A stretch of 64,000 nucleotides of DNA from Candidatus Limnocylindria bacterium (GCA_036397815.1 DASWIE010000062.1:4397-68396), one strand, 5' to 3'; shown: positions 38,100 through 47,028, counted from the first letter of the stretch. Notes: generated from the letters alone by a model not told the origin. Numbers and translations are program-made.

Positions 38100-40057
38100 G
38101 GCCGAGCAGTGTAGCCCCTCGTCCGGCGGCGCCGAATGGCGACGATCGCCAGCAGCAGAACGACCAGCACCGCGGCCGCCGACCCGAGCCTGACCGCGCC
38201 GTCGGAGAACGCCCCGGCAAGGCGCGCGCGCGCCGCGTCCACCTCTTCGGCGGCGCCGCGCAGGTCACCCTCCGCGAACAGCGCGGACGCCTCCGCCAGC
38301 CGCGCCGATGGCTCCGCGCCGCCCAGGAGGCCAACCTGCTCCACGACCGATGGCTGCCGGGCGATCTGGGCGCGAACGTCGCTGTACCCGGCAACCAGCA
38401 CGGCCTCCGCCTCGAGCTCGTCCCGCGCGTCCGGCCCACCCCCGGAGGCACGGTACCTTTCGCGCAGCCGATCCGGCGCAGCCAGCCCGGCCGCATCGAT
38501 GGCGGCCAGCAGCTCGTCGCGGGCGGCGAGCCAGGCAGTCGCCTCGGGAATGGCTACCTGCGCCTCGTCGAAGCGCCAGGCCTCCAGGTCCGCGAGCACC
38601 GGATCGGGAGCGCCCCACTCGCCCGCGGCCGCGAGCAGACCGACATATGCCTGGCGGGCAGCGGTTCGCTGCGGCAGCTCGGCCGCCGCCGCTTCATCGA
38701 ACACGTGGGTAGTGAACTCCGCCGTCAGATCCTGGCCGCTCACCGCCTCCAGCTGATCGAGCAGCCGACGCGAGTCGACGGGCGTGACCGGACGCCCGCT
38801 GGGGGCGGGCGGCGGCGCCGCGATGGGCTCATAGGCTCCAACGCCGGCCGCGAAGCGGCCCCACGCCATGCGCAGCGCGTCGGCTCCAACCGCTGCGGCC
38901 AGCCGCTCGGCGAGCGCCCACGACCCCGCGTAGCCGAACGCGTCCTGCTCGACGGTAGCCTCGCCGGCGCCCCAGCTGATCAGCGGGAAGGCTGCCTCGC
39001 CGAGTTCGGTCGTACGCGCGGCCGGGTCGTAGGGCAGCGTCACCTCCAGCTCGGTCGCAACTGCGGCGGCGGCCTGGGAGGCGAACCCCTCCCGGATCCA
39101 TCGGTCTCCAACCAGCTGCTCGGAGAGCCAGACATGCGCGATCTGGTGCAGCGTCGTGAACGGCGGCTGGTTGAAGCCGACCGCGATCGCGCCGGCATCG
39201 GCAACGGGCTCGCTCAGGTCGCCGACCAGATCCGGCACGGACTCGACCACGACCAGCGGCCCGACGCGCGGGTACTCGAGGCCGATCTCCTTCTCCAGCA
39301 GGGGCAGCGCCCGCGCCAGGAGGTCCATGGTCGCCTCGCCCCACGCCTCGTCATCGGTCCAGGCCCGCACCTGGAGGTCGACCGTGCCACTTGCCAGGGC
39401 AACACCCTCGCTCAGGGTGGTGAAGCTCGCCGGACGGACGGCGGTGACCCGCGCCAGCCAGGTGGTCGGGTCGGCCACCGGGCCGCTCTCGAGGCGCACG
39501 GCGGTCGCATCCTGGGTGGCCGTCAGGTCGTTGCCGTCGACCCGCACCTCGTAATCCCCGGGCAGGACGATGGCAACCGCGCCGCTGGTCCCGAAGCTCC
39601 ACGCCGGGAAGGCGACCGCCGAGGGCCGAACCCGGATGTCGGGGGTCGCCGCATCAGGCAGGAGATACGTCAGGGTGAAGGTCATGGTCTGGTTGTAGCG
39701 CACCGGGGTGCGGGGACTGACGCTGGCCACGTTCACGCCGTTTCGCTCCGCGACGCTGATCCGCAGCGCCCCGCGCGAGTCGCTGGCAGCCACGCTCGTC
39801 GCCCCGCTGTGGATGGCCAGGTCCACCACGTTGAAGACGCTGAACTGGCCGCCCGGATCCGGGGTCGTGTTCTTGAAGGTCACGTCGACAGCCACCACGA
39901 TCCGCCGATCATCCGGCTGGACGTCGTATTGAGCCGTCGTGGCCAGGGTGTACTCGGCCGCCCGCGCCGTGCGTCCGGCGCCCGGAAGGGTGACGCCGGC
40001 CGGCGCCAGGGCGAGCAGGAGCGCCGCGCAGAGCAGCGCGAGGGCCGCGCGCCTCAC
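38096..40057 (-). CDS. Exported, C-terminally TM-anchored gluzincin (M1/Peptidase_MA-like) homologue with HQxxH in place of HExxH
   Basis: Start set at GTG 40057 (VRRAALALLCAALLLALAPAG signal), forming a GTGA overlap with the upstream stop. Motif LHQIAHVWLSEQLVGDRWIREGFA at nt 39089-39148. C-terminal anchor AAAVLVVLLLAIVAIRRRR. Confidence 0.6.
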   Translation of the reverse strand: MRRAALALLCAALLLALAPAGVTLPGAGRTARAAEYTLATTAQYDVQPDDRRIVVAVDVTFKNTTPDPGGQFSVFNVVDLAIHSGATSVAASDSRGALRISVAERNGVNVASVSPRTPVRYNQTMTFTLTYLLPDAATPDIRVRPSAVAFPAWSFGTSGAVAIVLPGDYEVRVDGNDLTATQDATAVRLESGPVADPTTWLARVTAVRPASFTTLSEGVALASGTVDLQVRAWTDDEAWGEATMDLLARALPLLEKEIGLEYPRVGPLVVVESVPDLVGDLSEPVADAGAIAVGFNQPPFTTLHQIAHVWLSEQLVGDRWIREGFASQAAAAVATELEVTLPYDPAARTTELGEAAFPLISWGAGEATVEQDAFGYAGSWALAERLAAAVGADALRMAWGRFAAGVGAYEPIAAPPPAPSGRPVTPVDSRRLLDQLEAVSGQDLTAEFTTHVFDEAAAAELPQRTAARQAYVGLLAAAGEWGAPDPVLADLEAWRFDEAQVAIPEATAWLAARDELLAAIDAAGLAAPDRLRERYRASGGGPDARDELEAEAVLVAGYSDVRAQIARQPSVVEQVGLLGGAEPSARLAEASALFAEGDLRGAAEEVDAARARLAGAFSDGAVRLGSAAAVLVVLLLAIVAIRRRRTRGYTARP

Positions 40058-40581
40058 CGGCCGCTTCCCAGCAGCCGGGCGAGGAGCCCGCGCCGGCGCG
40101 GCCGAGGAACCGGCGGTTCCCACTCCGGCATCGCGGCGGTCACCTCCGGACCGTAGGCAGCCAGCAGCTGGGGATTGCGGCCGACACGATCGCTCCAATC
40201 GGGCAGGATGCCGCGATCCGCCACGGCGCCGGAGGTCTCCTCCAGCAGCCGGTCCGCGACGGTGGCCAGCCGGACGAGGCCACGGCCCAGCTCATCGCGG
40301 TCGAGCGCGGCCGACGGGAGCTCGGTCATGAGCATCGGTCGGTCGTCATCGGCCATGGCGAACTTCACGAAGGGATAGTCGAAGTTGGCGCGCAGCATGC
40401 GGTCGTAGATGCGCCTGGGGACCTCCATCGCCTCCGGGCCGTAGTACGCCCACAGCGATCCGCCCACGCCCGCGACCCAGGCGACCGTCACCCGCAGGTC
40501 GAAGCGGCGCGCGCCGTCCAGCACCAGGTCGCGGCTGAACGCCGGGTCGTTGGCGTCGCCGCTGCCGCCCACCGTCTCCAC
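40054..40581 (-). CDS. YbjN-like (T3SS-chaperone-fold) domain protein
   Basis: 175 aa. Pattern LRANFDYPFVKFAMADDDRPMLMTELPSAALDRDELGRGLVRLATVADRLLEE is typical of the YbjN family. Confidence 0.6.
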   Translation of the reverse strand: METVGGSGDANDPAFSRDLVLDGARRFDLRVTVAWVAGVGGSLWAYYGPEAMEVPRRIYDRMLRANFDYPFVKFAMADDDRPMLMTELPSAALDRDELGRGLVRLATVADRLLEETSGAVADRGILPDWSDRVGRNPQLLAAYGPEVTAAMPEWEPPVPRPRRRGLLARLLGSGR

Positions 40582-40621
40582 GCCGAGCTCGGCCAGCCAG
40601 GCGTCGATCGGCGGGGCCCGC

Positions 40622-41881
40622 TCAGCCAGGGGGCGCCACCGTCTGGCCGGACCGAATGATGCGCCGGCCCTTGAAGTCGGCCTCCTGGGTGCGTGGGTCG
40701 ATCCGGCAGTTGCGACCGATCGTCACGCCAGGCGGCACCCGCGCCCGCTTCCCAACCAGGGTGATTCCCGCGTAGAGGCGCTCCGGCTCGTGCCGGTTCG
40801 GGCGCAGGTCGTCTCCGCTCCCCACCGTCGCCGCCCGTCCGATGACGCACTCCTTGTCGACGATCGAGCCATCCACTACCGCGCCGGCCTCGACCACGCT
40901 GTCGAACATCACGATCGAGTTGCGCACGGTCGCACCGAGCCCCACCCGGACGCCCGGAGACAGGATGCTGTGCTCGACCGTGCCGTCCACGACGCAGCCA
41001 TGGCTCACCATGCTGCGCGAAACGTGGCCCTCTGGCCCGATGCGGGCCGGCGGCCGTTCCTCGCTCTTGGTGTAGATCAGCCAGCCCAGGTCGTTCAGCT
41101 CGATCCCCGGCGCGTCCGACAGGAGGTCGAGGCTCGTCCGCCAGTAGCTCTCCACCGTCCCGACGTCCTGCCAGTAGCCCTTGTACTCATAGGCGTACAC
41201 GCGGCGATCGGTCTCCACCAGCCAGGGCAGCAGGTCGCGGCCGAAGTCGACGCGCTCAGGCGAAAGGACCTCGCGCAGCACCGCCCAGCTGAAGACGTAG
41301 ACGCCCATGCTGACGAGGTTGCTGGTGGGGTTGGGCGGCTTCTCGACGAAGGCGGTGACAGCCCCGTCGTCATCGGTCTCCAGGATGCCGAACCGATGGG
41401 CCTCTTCGATCGGCACGGTGCGGACCGCACAGGTGAGCTCCGCCTTGGTGGACCGATGCGTCTCCAGGAACGGCCGATAGTCCATCTTGTAGACGTGGTC
41501 GCCGGCCAGGATCAGGACCAGCTCGGGATCGCGATCGGAAATGAACTCCAGGTTCTGCAGGACCGCGTCGGCGGTGCCGCGGTACCAGTCTCGCGCGCGG
41601 CCCCGGCCCAGGTACGGCTGCAGCAGCGTCACGCCACCGCGGCTGCGGTCGAGGTCCCACGGCCGGCCGACGCCGATGTGGTCGATCAGCGAGCGGGGGG
41701 CGTACTGGGTCAGCACCGCCACGTCGGTGAGGCCGGAGTTCACCGCGTTGCTCAACGCGAAGTCGATGATGCGGTACTTGCCGCCGAACGGCACGCCGGG
41801 CTTGGCGCGCACCTGTGACAGGATCGAGAGGCGCTCTCCCTCACCTCCCGCCAGGATCAGCGTCAGGACCCCGTTCGACAC
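40622..41881 (-). CDS. glgC: Glucose-1-phosphate adenylyltransferase
   Basis: Start set at GTG 41881. Motifs LILAGGEGERLS, PFGGKYRIIDFALSN, YWQDVGT. C-terminal left-handed beta-helix. The start is uncertain and overlaps the ponA 3' end by about 41 nt. Confidence 0.85.
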   Translation of the reverse strand: MSNGVLTLILAGGEGERLSILSQVRAKPGVPFGGKYRIIDFALSNAVNSGLTDVAVLTQYAPRSLIDHIGVGRPWDLDRSRGGVTLLQPYLGRGRARDWYRGTADAVLQNLEFISDRDPELVLILAGDHVYKMDYRPFLETHRSTKAELTCAVRTVPIEEAHRFGILETDDDGAVTAFVEKPPNPTSNLVSMGVYVFSWAVLREVLSPERVDFGRDLLPWLVETDRRVYAYEYKGYWQDVGTVESYWRTSLDLLSDAPGIELNDLGWLIYTKSEERPPARIGPEGHVSRSMVSHGCVVDGTVEHSILSPGVRVGLGATVRNSIVMFDSVVEAGAVVDGSIVDKECVIGRAATVGSGDDLRPNRHEPERLYAGITLVGKRARVPPGVTIGRNCRIDPRTQEADFKGRRIIRSGQTVAPPG

Positions 41882-44681
41882 GCTCTGGATTCTCGCACGC
41901 GAGGCGAGACGTCGGGCGCCGCCTGATCGCCCGACGCAGCCACGGCGCGCCGAGCGAGAGCAGGCCAAGCAGCGTCGAGATGCCGAAGACCGGAGTCAGG
42001 AGGCCACCGTCGATCGCGTCACGAGCAGCCGCGGCCGGCTCGGTCGGCACGATCGGCAGCGGCGAGCATTTCTCGGGATTGCCGGGCGGGCATTCGGGCG
42101 GCCCGCTGTCGCTGGGTCCCGGAGTCGGCGTCGGAGTGGGGCGCACGAACCCGCAGATCGGGGCGCCGAACCCGTTGTTGCCGAGCACGGGGGCGATCGA
42201 CAGTCGGTAACTCGGGTTCTCCTTGAGCTTGGTCGGATCGCCGATCGAACCCCATTCACCGTTCACGAAGCGGTCGGCCCATTGGTGCGCGGCGACGACC
42301 CACTCGGCCGGGCGGCGGCCATCCTGACTGATCGCCTGCTCGAGGTCGAAGCAGCCGTTGGGATGGACGTTGTCGGGCGGGGGGACCGTGCCCTCCAGGA
42401 ACGGCATCTCCTGGGTCGGACCGCAGTTGCCCGTGGCGGCCATCCCGCTGAAGCGACAGACCGTGGCGGTGACGATCCCGGCCGGCTGTGGGAACGTGGT
42501 CTGCGGCACCGGCTGCTTGCCGTTCCAGTCCCACGGCTGGTTGAGCGCGATCTCCATGAAGTCGTGCCACAGGTAGAGCGGCCCGTCGGCGCTGAACAGG
42601 CCCTGCCCCAGCTTATTGGAGAGCGGTTCCTGGTTATTGTTGCCCATCCAGACGCCGGTCACCAGCGAGCCGGGCACGTACCCGAAGGCCGAGACGTCGC
42701 GGAAGTCGTTGGTGGTGCCCGTCTTGAGAGCGGCCTGTCGACGGTTGCCGCCGGCATCAGTCAGCTGCGCCGGCGGGCCCCAGAGGACGTTGCGGCGAGG
42801 ATCGGTGTTGCTCTCCAGGATCCAATGGGTCAGGTACGCCTCCGCCGGCGTCATCGGAGTGCTCTCTGCCGGACCGTTGTCCTCGAGCGAGTAGATGACG
42901 CGATTGTCGCGGTCGCGGATCTCCCTGATGGTGGTTGCCGGATGCAGGGTCCCCTGCATGGCGAACACGCCGTAGGCCCCCGTGAAGTTGACCAGGTTGA
43001 CCGGCACCGATCCGAGCGTGAGGGTGAGCCCAGGCTGCAGGTCGTTGATGTACTGGGCGCTGGCGATACCCATCGATTCGGCAAACTCGGCGGTGACCTC
43101 CGGACCGACCAGGTGCTGCATCATCACCGACGGCACGTTCAGCGAGTAGCGCAGCGCATCCGTGGCCAGCAGCGGGCCGTGTTCCTTGATGTCGGCGTTG
43201 GTGGGCATGTAGCTGGTGGCGCGGTCGGGGCCGAACTGCGTGGTCGCATCCACGAGGAAGGTCGAGACGGTGGCCTGCCGGGCGCGGAACGCGGACGAGT
43301 AGGTGATCGGCTTGAAGGCCGACCCGGGCTGGCGCACGCCCAGTCCGGCGACGTCGAACTGGCCCTGGACCCGCGGGTCCTCGCGGTTGTAGTAGTCGAC
43401 GCTGCCGACGTAGGCGACGATCTCGCCGGTGGCCGAGTTGATCGCGACCAGCGCGCCGTTGTGCACGTTCTTGTCGGCCAGCGCGTTCACCCACTTGACG
43501 ACCTGCTGCTTGGCGGCCTGCTGCAGGTTGTAGTCGAGGGTGGTGGTGATCCGGAAGCCGCCGGTGCGCACCAGCTGCTCGGCGTTGGGATAGCCCATCG
43601 CCTCGAGAATGCGCTCCGCCTCACGGCGGACCCGGAAGCTGAACTGCGGCTCGAGCAGGACCGATGTGATCCGGTTCGGCCCCATCTCCTCCCAGGTCGT
43701 GGCGGCTGCCTCACCGTGCTGCTGGACGGTTATGTAGCCGTCGCGCAGCATGGCGTCCAAGACGATGTTGCGGCGCGCGATGGCTCGCTCGGGGCCCTGA
43801 TCGAGGTAGTACGGGTCGTAGGCCGATGGCAGCCGCGGCAGGCCGGCCAGGAATGCCGCCTGCGCCAGCGAGAGCTGATTCAGGTCCGCGATGCCGAAGT
43901 AGTTCGCCGCCGCGGCCTTGATGCCGTACGAGCCATTCCCGTAGAAGATGAGGTTGAGGTACGTCTCCAGGATCTTCTCCTTGCCCGCGCGGCCGGGGTA
44001 GGCAGCCGTGAGCTGGCGGGCCAGGATGAACTCGCGGATCTTGTCCTCGAAGCCGCGCCCGGACAGGAAGGTGAGCTGCGGCGCGGCACAGACGTCGGCC
44101 TCCGCTGGCGCCTCCGGAGCGGCCTCGGGGTCGAGCTCGAGGCTCGGCGCGGCCGTCGACTCCGGCTGGCTGGCCCGCTCGGCCTCCTTGATCGAGCCCG
44201 CGTACTTGATCACCTGGGCGGTGATGGTGCTCGCGCCCTGGACGATGTTGCCCGCCTCGAGATTGGCGATCGCGGCGCGCCCGACGGCGTAGTAGTCGAT
44301 CCCGTCGTTCGTCCAGAAGGTCCGGTCCTCGGCCGCGATCGCGGCGTCCACGATGTAGGACGGCAGCTCGTCGAAGCGGACCTGCTCGCGGTTCTCACAC
44401 TCGAAGCGCGCCAGCAGCTGCTGGCCGGTGCGGTCGTAGACGTAGGTCGAGGCCGGCAGCTCGATGTCGTCGAGCAGCCGAGGATCGGGCAGGCCGGTGG
44501 CGTAGTAGTTGTAGGCGGCCAGCAGGCCGCCGGCGGTACCCGCCACCGACCCGACGACGAACAGCAGGAGGACGCCGAACAGGACGAGGACGGCGGTGGC
44601 TATCCCGCGACGCGGCGCGTGGCGGGAGGTGGTGCGGCGGGTCATCAACCGATGGCGACGCCGCTGCATGGCCGGATGCAT
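41841..44681 (-). CDS. ponA: Class A penicillin-binding protein (PBP1A family) with a long C-terminal extension
   Basis: 946 aa with an N-terminal TM. GT51 motifs (AIAAEDRTFW, GASTITAQVIKY). Transpeptidase motifs SAFKP (SxxK), YSLNVPS (SxN), KTGTTND (KTG). 172-aa tail containing a PT-rich linker and a second hydrophobic helix. Confidence 0.9.
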   Translation of the reverse strand: MHPAMQRRRHRLMTRRTTSRHAPRRGIATAVLVLFGVLLLFVVGSVAGTAGGLLAAYNYYATGLPDPRLLDDIELPASTYVYDRTGQQLLARFECENREQVRFDELPSYIVDAAIAAEDRTFWTNDGIDYYAVGRAAIANLEAGNIVQGASTITAQVIKYAGSIKEAERASQPESTAAPSLELDPEAAPEAPAEADVCAAPQLTFLSGRGFEDKIREFILARQLTAAYPGRAGKEKILETYLNLIFYGNGSYGIKAAAANYFGIADLNQLSLAQAAFLAGLPRLPSAYDPYYLDQGPERAIARRNIVLDAMLRDGYITVQQHGEAAATTWEEMGPNRITSVLLEPQFSFRVRREAERILEAMGYPNAEQLVRTGGFRITTTLDYNLQQAAKQQVVKWVNALADKNVHNGALVAINSATGEIVAYVGSVDYYNREDPRVQGQFDVAGLGVRQPGSAFKPITYSSAFRARQATVSTFLVDATTQFGPDRATSYMPTNADIKEHGPLLATDALRYSLNVPSVMMQHLVGPEVTAEFAESMGIASAQYINDLQPGLTLTLGSVPVNLVNFTGAYGVFAMQGTLHPATTIREIRDRDNRVIYSLEDNGPAESTPMTPAEAYLTHWILESNTDPRRNVLWGPPAQLTDAGGNRRQAALKTGTTNDFRDVSAFGYVPGSLVTGVWMGNNNQEPLSNKLGQGLFSADGPLYLWHDFMEIALNQPWDWNGKQPVPQTTFPQPAGIVTATVCRFSGMAATGNCGPTQEMPFLEGTVPPPDNVHPNGCFDLEQAISQDGRRPAEWVVAAHQWADRFVNGEWGSIGDPTKLKENPSYRLSIAPVLGNNGFGAPICGFVRPTPTPTPGPSDSGPPECPPGNPEKCSPLPIVPTEPAAAARDAIDGGLLTPVFGISTLLGLLSLGAPWLRRAIRRRPTSRLACENPERVERGPDADPGGR

Positions 44682-44740
44682 CGCCGGCTACGGTAGCGTA
44701 AGACCTCTTTCCGGTCGAATCAGGACCGTCGCGCCTGCGA

Positions 44741-44809
44741 CAGCACTGTCGGTGCTACAACGGTCCCACGTGGCAGGGTCACGTGCGTGGGTAGGCACTC
44801 ACAGTGCTG
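44741..44809 (-). promoter_or_regulatory. 69-nt imperfect palindrome in the ponA upstream region
   Basis: Outer arms CAGCACTGT (44741-44749) and ACAGTGCTG (44801-44809) are perfect complements. Inner arms CCCACG (44765-44770) and CGTGGG (44786-44791) are also complementary. Two CACGTG boxes lie in the core. Confidence 0.4.
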
Positions 44810-44887
44810 CGGGCGTGCATCGGACGCCGAAAGCGGTTGTTTGCAGCTCCCGGTGTGCTAAGAGAGAGACTCCCAGGGAGGATCGGT

Positions 44888-46189
44888 CTAGGGCAGGTAG
44901 TTCCTGGGCTCGACCGGCACGTCGTCGAACATCACCTGGAAGTGCAGGTGGCAGCCGGTCGCCATGCCGGTCGCCCCCTCGTAGCCGATGAGGTCGCCGG
45001 TCGCCACCTGCTGGCCGACCGACACGACCTCGTTCGAGAAATGCCAGTACCACGTCTGGAGCCGTTGGCTGTGACCGATGACCACGCCGATGGCCGTGTC
45101 TCCATACGCCTGGTTCGGCCGGCCATCGGCCAGCACGACGCCGTCCGCCGCCGCGTAGATCGGGCCGCCGCAACGGGGCGTGTGATACGACAGGTCGATG
45201 CCGGTGTGGTTCGGGTTGTAGGAGGTGTACCCGAACTCCTGGGTGACCATGAAGTCGTCGCGCTCCGGCCACTCGAAGCGGCCGCGGTAGGCGATGTCGA
45301 GCCTGTTCGCCTCCTCCTTGAGGCGGGCCACGAGCGCCGCCTGACCGGCGAGCTCGCGCTCCTCGGCCGCGATCAGGTCACGAGTCTGGATCTCGCCGCG
45401 CGCCGCGGCTGCCAGCTGCGATTGCTGCGCCTCCTGGAGCTCCTGGAGCTTGAGCTGGAACGCCTCCAGCTTCAGGCGAGCGGCGTCGACCTCCCGCTGC
45501 TGCTGGTCCAGAGCGGCCGTCCGCTCGGCGGCGGCGGCCTCGAGGTCGGCCAGGGTCTTGCGGCCGTCCTTGAGCGTCTGGCGTCGAATCTTGAGCCGCT
45601 CGCGGGTGCTCCTGATCTCCTCGGCCAGGCGGCGATCCTCGTCAGAGAGGGTGAGCATGTAGCCGAGGCGGCTGGATGCCTCGGAGAATGATTCGGTAGA
45701 GAGCAGCACTTCCAGGATCGAGGTCTGCGACTGCTCGTATGCGGCGCGGAGATGATCCTGCAGCAACGCCTCGCGCCCGCGGAGCTCCAGGCGCGTCGTC
45801 TGGATGTCTGCGGCGACCTCGCGCAGGTCAGCCTCGAGGTTGGTGATCTGGATCCGATAGCGCACCAGGTCGGCGCGGGACTTCTCGAGCGCGGTGGTGA
45901 CGAGCTCGAGCTGGCGTTGGGCCGCCTCCAGCTCGATGCCGACGCGGTCGAGATCGGTCACCAGCGTGGCCAGGCTGGCGGTCAGCTCGGCCTGCTGGCG
46001 GCGCAGGCCGGCCAGCTGGGCGCGCTGTCGCGCGAGCTCGGCCTCCATCCGCTGCTGCGCCACGATCGCATCGTTGACGCTCGGGTCGTCGGCGCGGACG
46101 GGCTGCCCAACCCCGGCGGTCGCCAGCGCGGCGAGAGCCATGAGCAGGACCAGGGCGAGGGGAACGGCGCGACGGCGAACGATCGACAT
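44888..46189 (-). CDS. M23 family metallopeptidase with a long N-terminal coiled coil (EnvC-like architecture)
   Basis: 433 aa with a signal peptide. About 270 aa of heptad-like Q/E/A/L/R-rich sequence. M23 motifs PNHTGIDL and GCHLHFQV. Confidence 0.85.
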   Translation of the reverse strand: MSIVRRRAVPLALVLLMALAALATAGVGQPVRADDPSVNDAIVAQQRMEAELARQRAQLAGLRRQQAELTASLATLVTDLDRVGIELEAAQRQLELVTTALEKSRADLVRYRIQITNLEADLREVAADIQTTRLELRGREALLQDHLRAAYEQSQTSILEVLLSTESFSEASSRLGYMLTLSDEDRRLAEEIRSTRERLKIRRQTLKDGRKTLADLEAAAAERTAALDQQQREVDAARLKLEAFQLKLQELQEAQQSQLAAAARGEIQTRDLIAAEERELAGQAALVARLKEEANRLDIAYRGRFEWPERDDFMVTQEFGYTSYNPNHTGIDLSYHTPRCGGPIYAAADGVVLADGRPNQAYGDTAIGVVIGHSQRLQTWYWHFSNEVVSVGQQVATGDLIGYEGATGMATGCHLHFQVMFDDVPVEPRNYLP

Positions 46190-46338
46190 TGACTCCAGGA
46201 CTCACACGAGCTGAGGGGCTTGAGCGTGTCGGCGGCGACCCGCGCGCGGGGCAGATAGCGCAGCAACCATCGACGAGCCCCGAGCACGGGGCACGGCGGC
46301 AAGGATACTCGACCTGTCGAGCCCCCGGCCACCCCCCA

Positions 46339-47028
46339 TCAGTCCTTCGGCGGCAGGACCCCGGCAAGGGCCAGCAAGCGTCCCGCAACCGTCGCGGCGG
46401 GACCCAGCAGGCGGTCGTCGCGGAGCAGCGTGATGACCGCTCCCGCCACGAGGAAGGGGCCGAAGGGGATGTAGCTTTTCATGTCCACGCGGCGCCGCAC
46501 GAGCAGGCCAAGGCTGGCGACCGACGCCAGCAGGCCCCCGATGAAGACCGCGACGAAGACGCCCTGCCAGCCGAGCAGCAGCCCCAGTGCGCCGACCAGG
46601 TAGAGGTCGCCCAGCGCGACGCCGTCCCGGATCACCAGGCCGAGCACGCCCAGGAAGATGAGCGCGGCGGCGCAGCCGATGATCGCCTCGAGTGGCGGGA
46701 CCGTCGGATTGAACGGCACGAACACGACGCATGCCACGATCAGCGGGTCGAGCAAGAGGTGTGGCAGCCGTCGCTGCTCCACGTCCGTGGCGGTCAGCAG
46801 GACCAGAACTGCCAGGATGGCCAGGTGGGCGGCCGTTGCCCACCACGGCAGCGTCGACCGCGCGGCGATCCCCCACCCTGCCGCGCCGGCCAGGGCGGCG
46901 AACACGATCGTGCGGATACCCGGCCGGCGGCGCGACGCCTCGTCAGGCGGCCAGACCGCGGCCAGACGCTCGGCCGCGACGCCCAGCAGGGCGAACGCGG
47001 CGCCGACGGCGATGGAGGTGCCGGTCAT
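46339..47028 (-). CDS. A24-family prepilin (type IV leader) peptidase, peptidase domain only
   Basis: 229 aa, multi-TM. Candidate catalytic Asp motifs LLTATDVEQRRLP and VALGDLYLVGALGLLLG. Confidence 0.7.
   Translation of the reverse strand: MTGTSIAVGAAFALLGVAAERLAAVWPPDEASRRRPGIRTIVFAALAGAAGWGIAARSTLPWWATAAHLAILAVLVLLTATDVEQRRLPHLLLDPLIVACVVFVPFNPTVPPLEAIIGCAAALIFLGVLGLVIRDGVALGDLYLVGALGLLLGWQGVFVAVFIGGLLASVASLGLLVRRRVDMKSYIPFGPFLVAGAVITLLRDDRLLGPAATVAGRLLALAGVLPPKD

Noticed and set aside
41541-44696. 1051-aa ORF on the plus strand spanning the whole PBP1A locus
   Set aside because: It is exactly antisense to a gene with unmistakable GT51 and transpeptidase motifs. The translation is Arg/Gly/Pro/Ala/Asp-rich with no motifs. 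This is a typical stop-codon-poor shadow frame in high-GC DNA.
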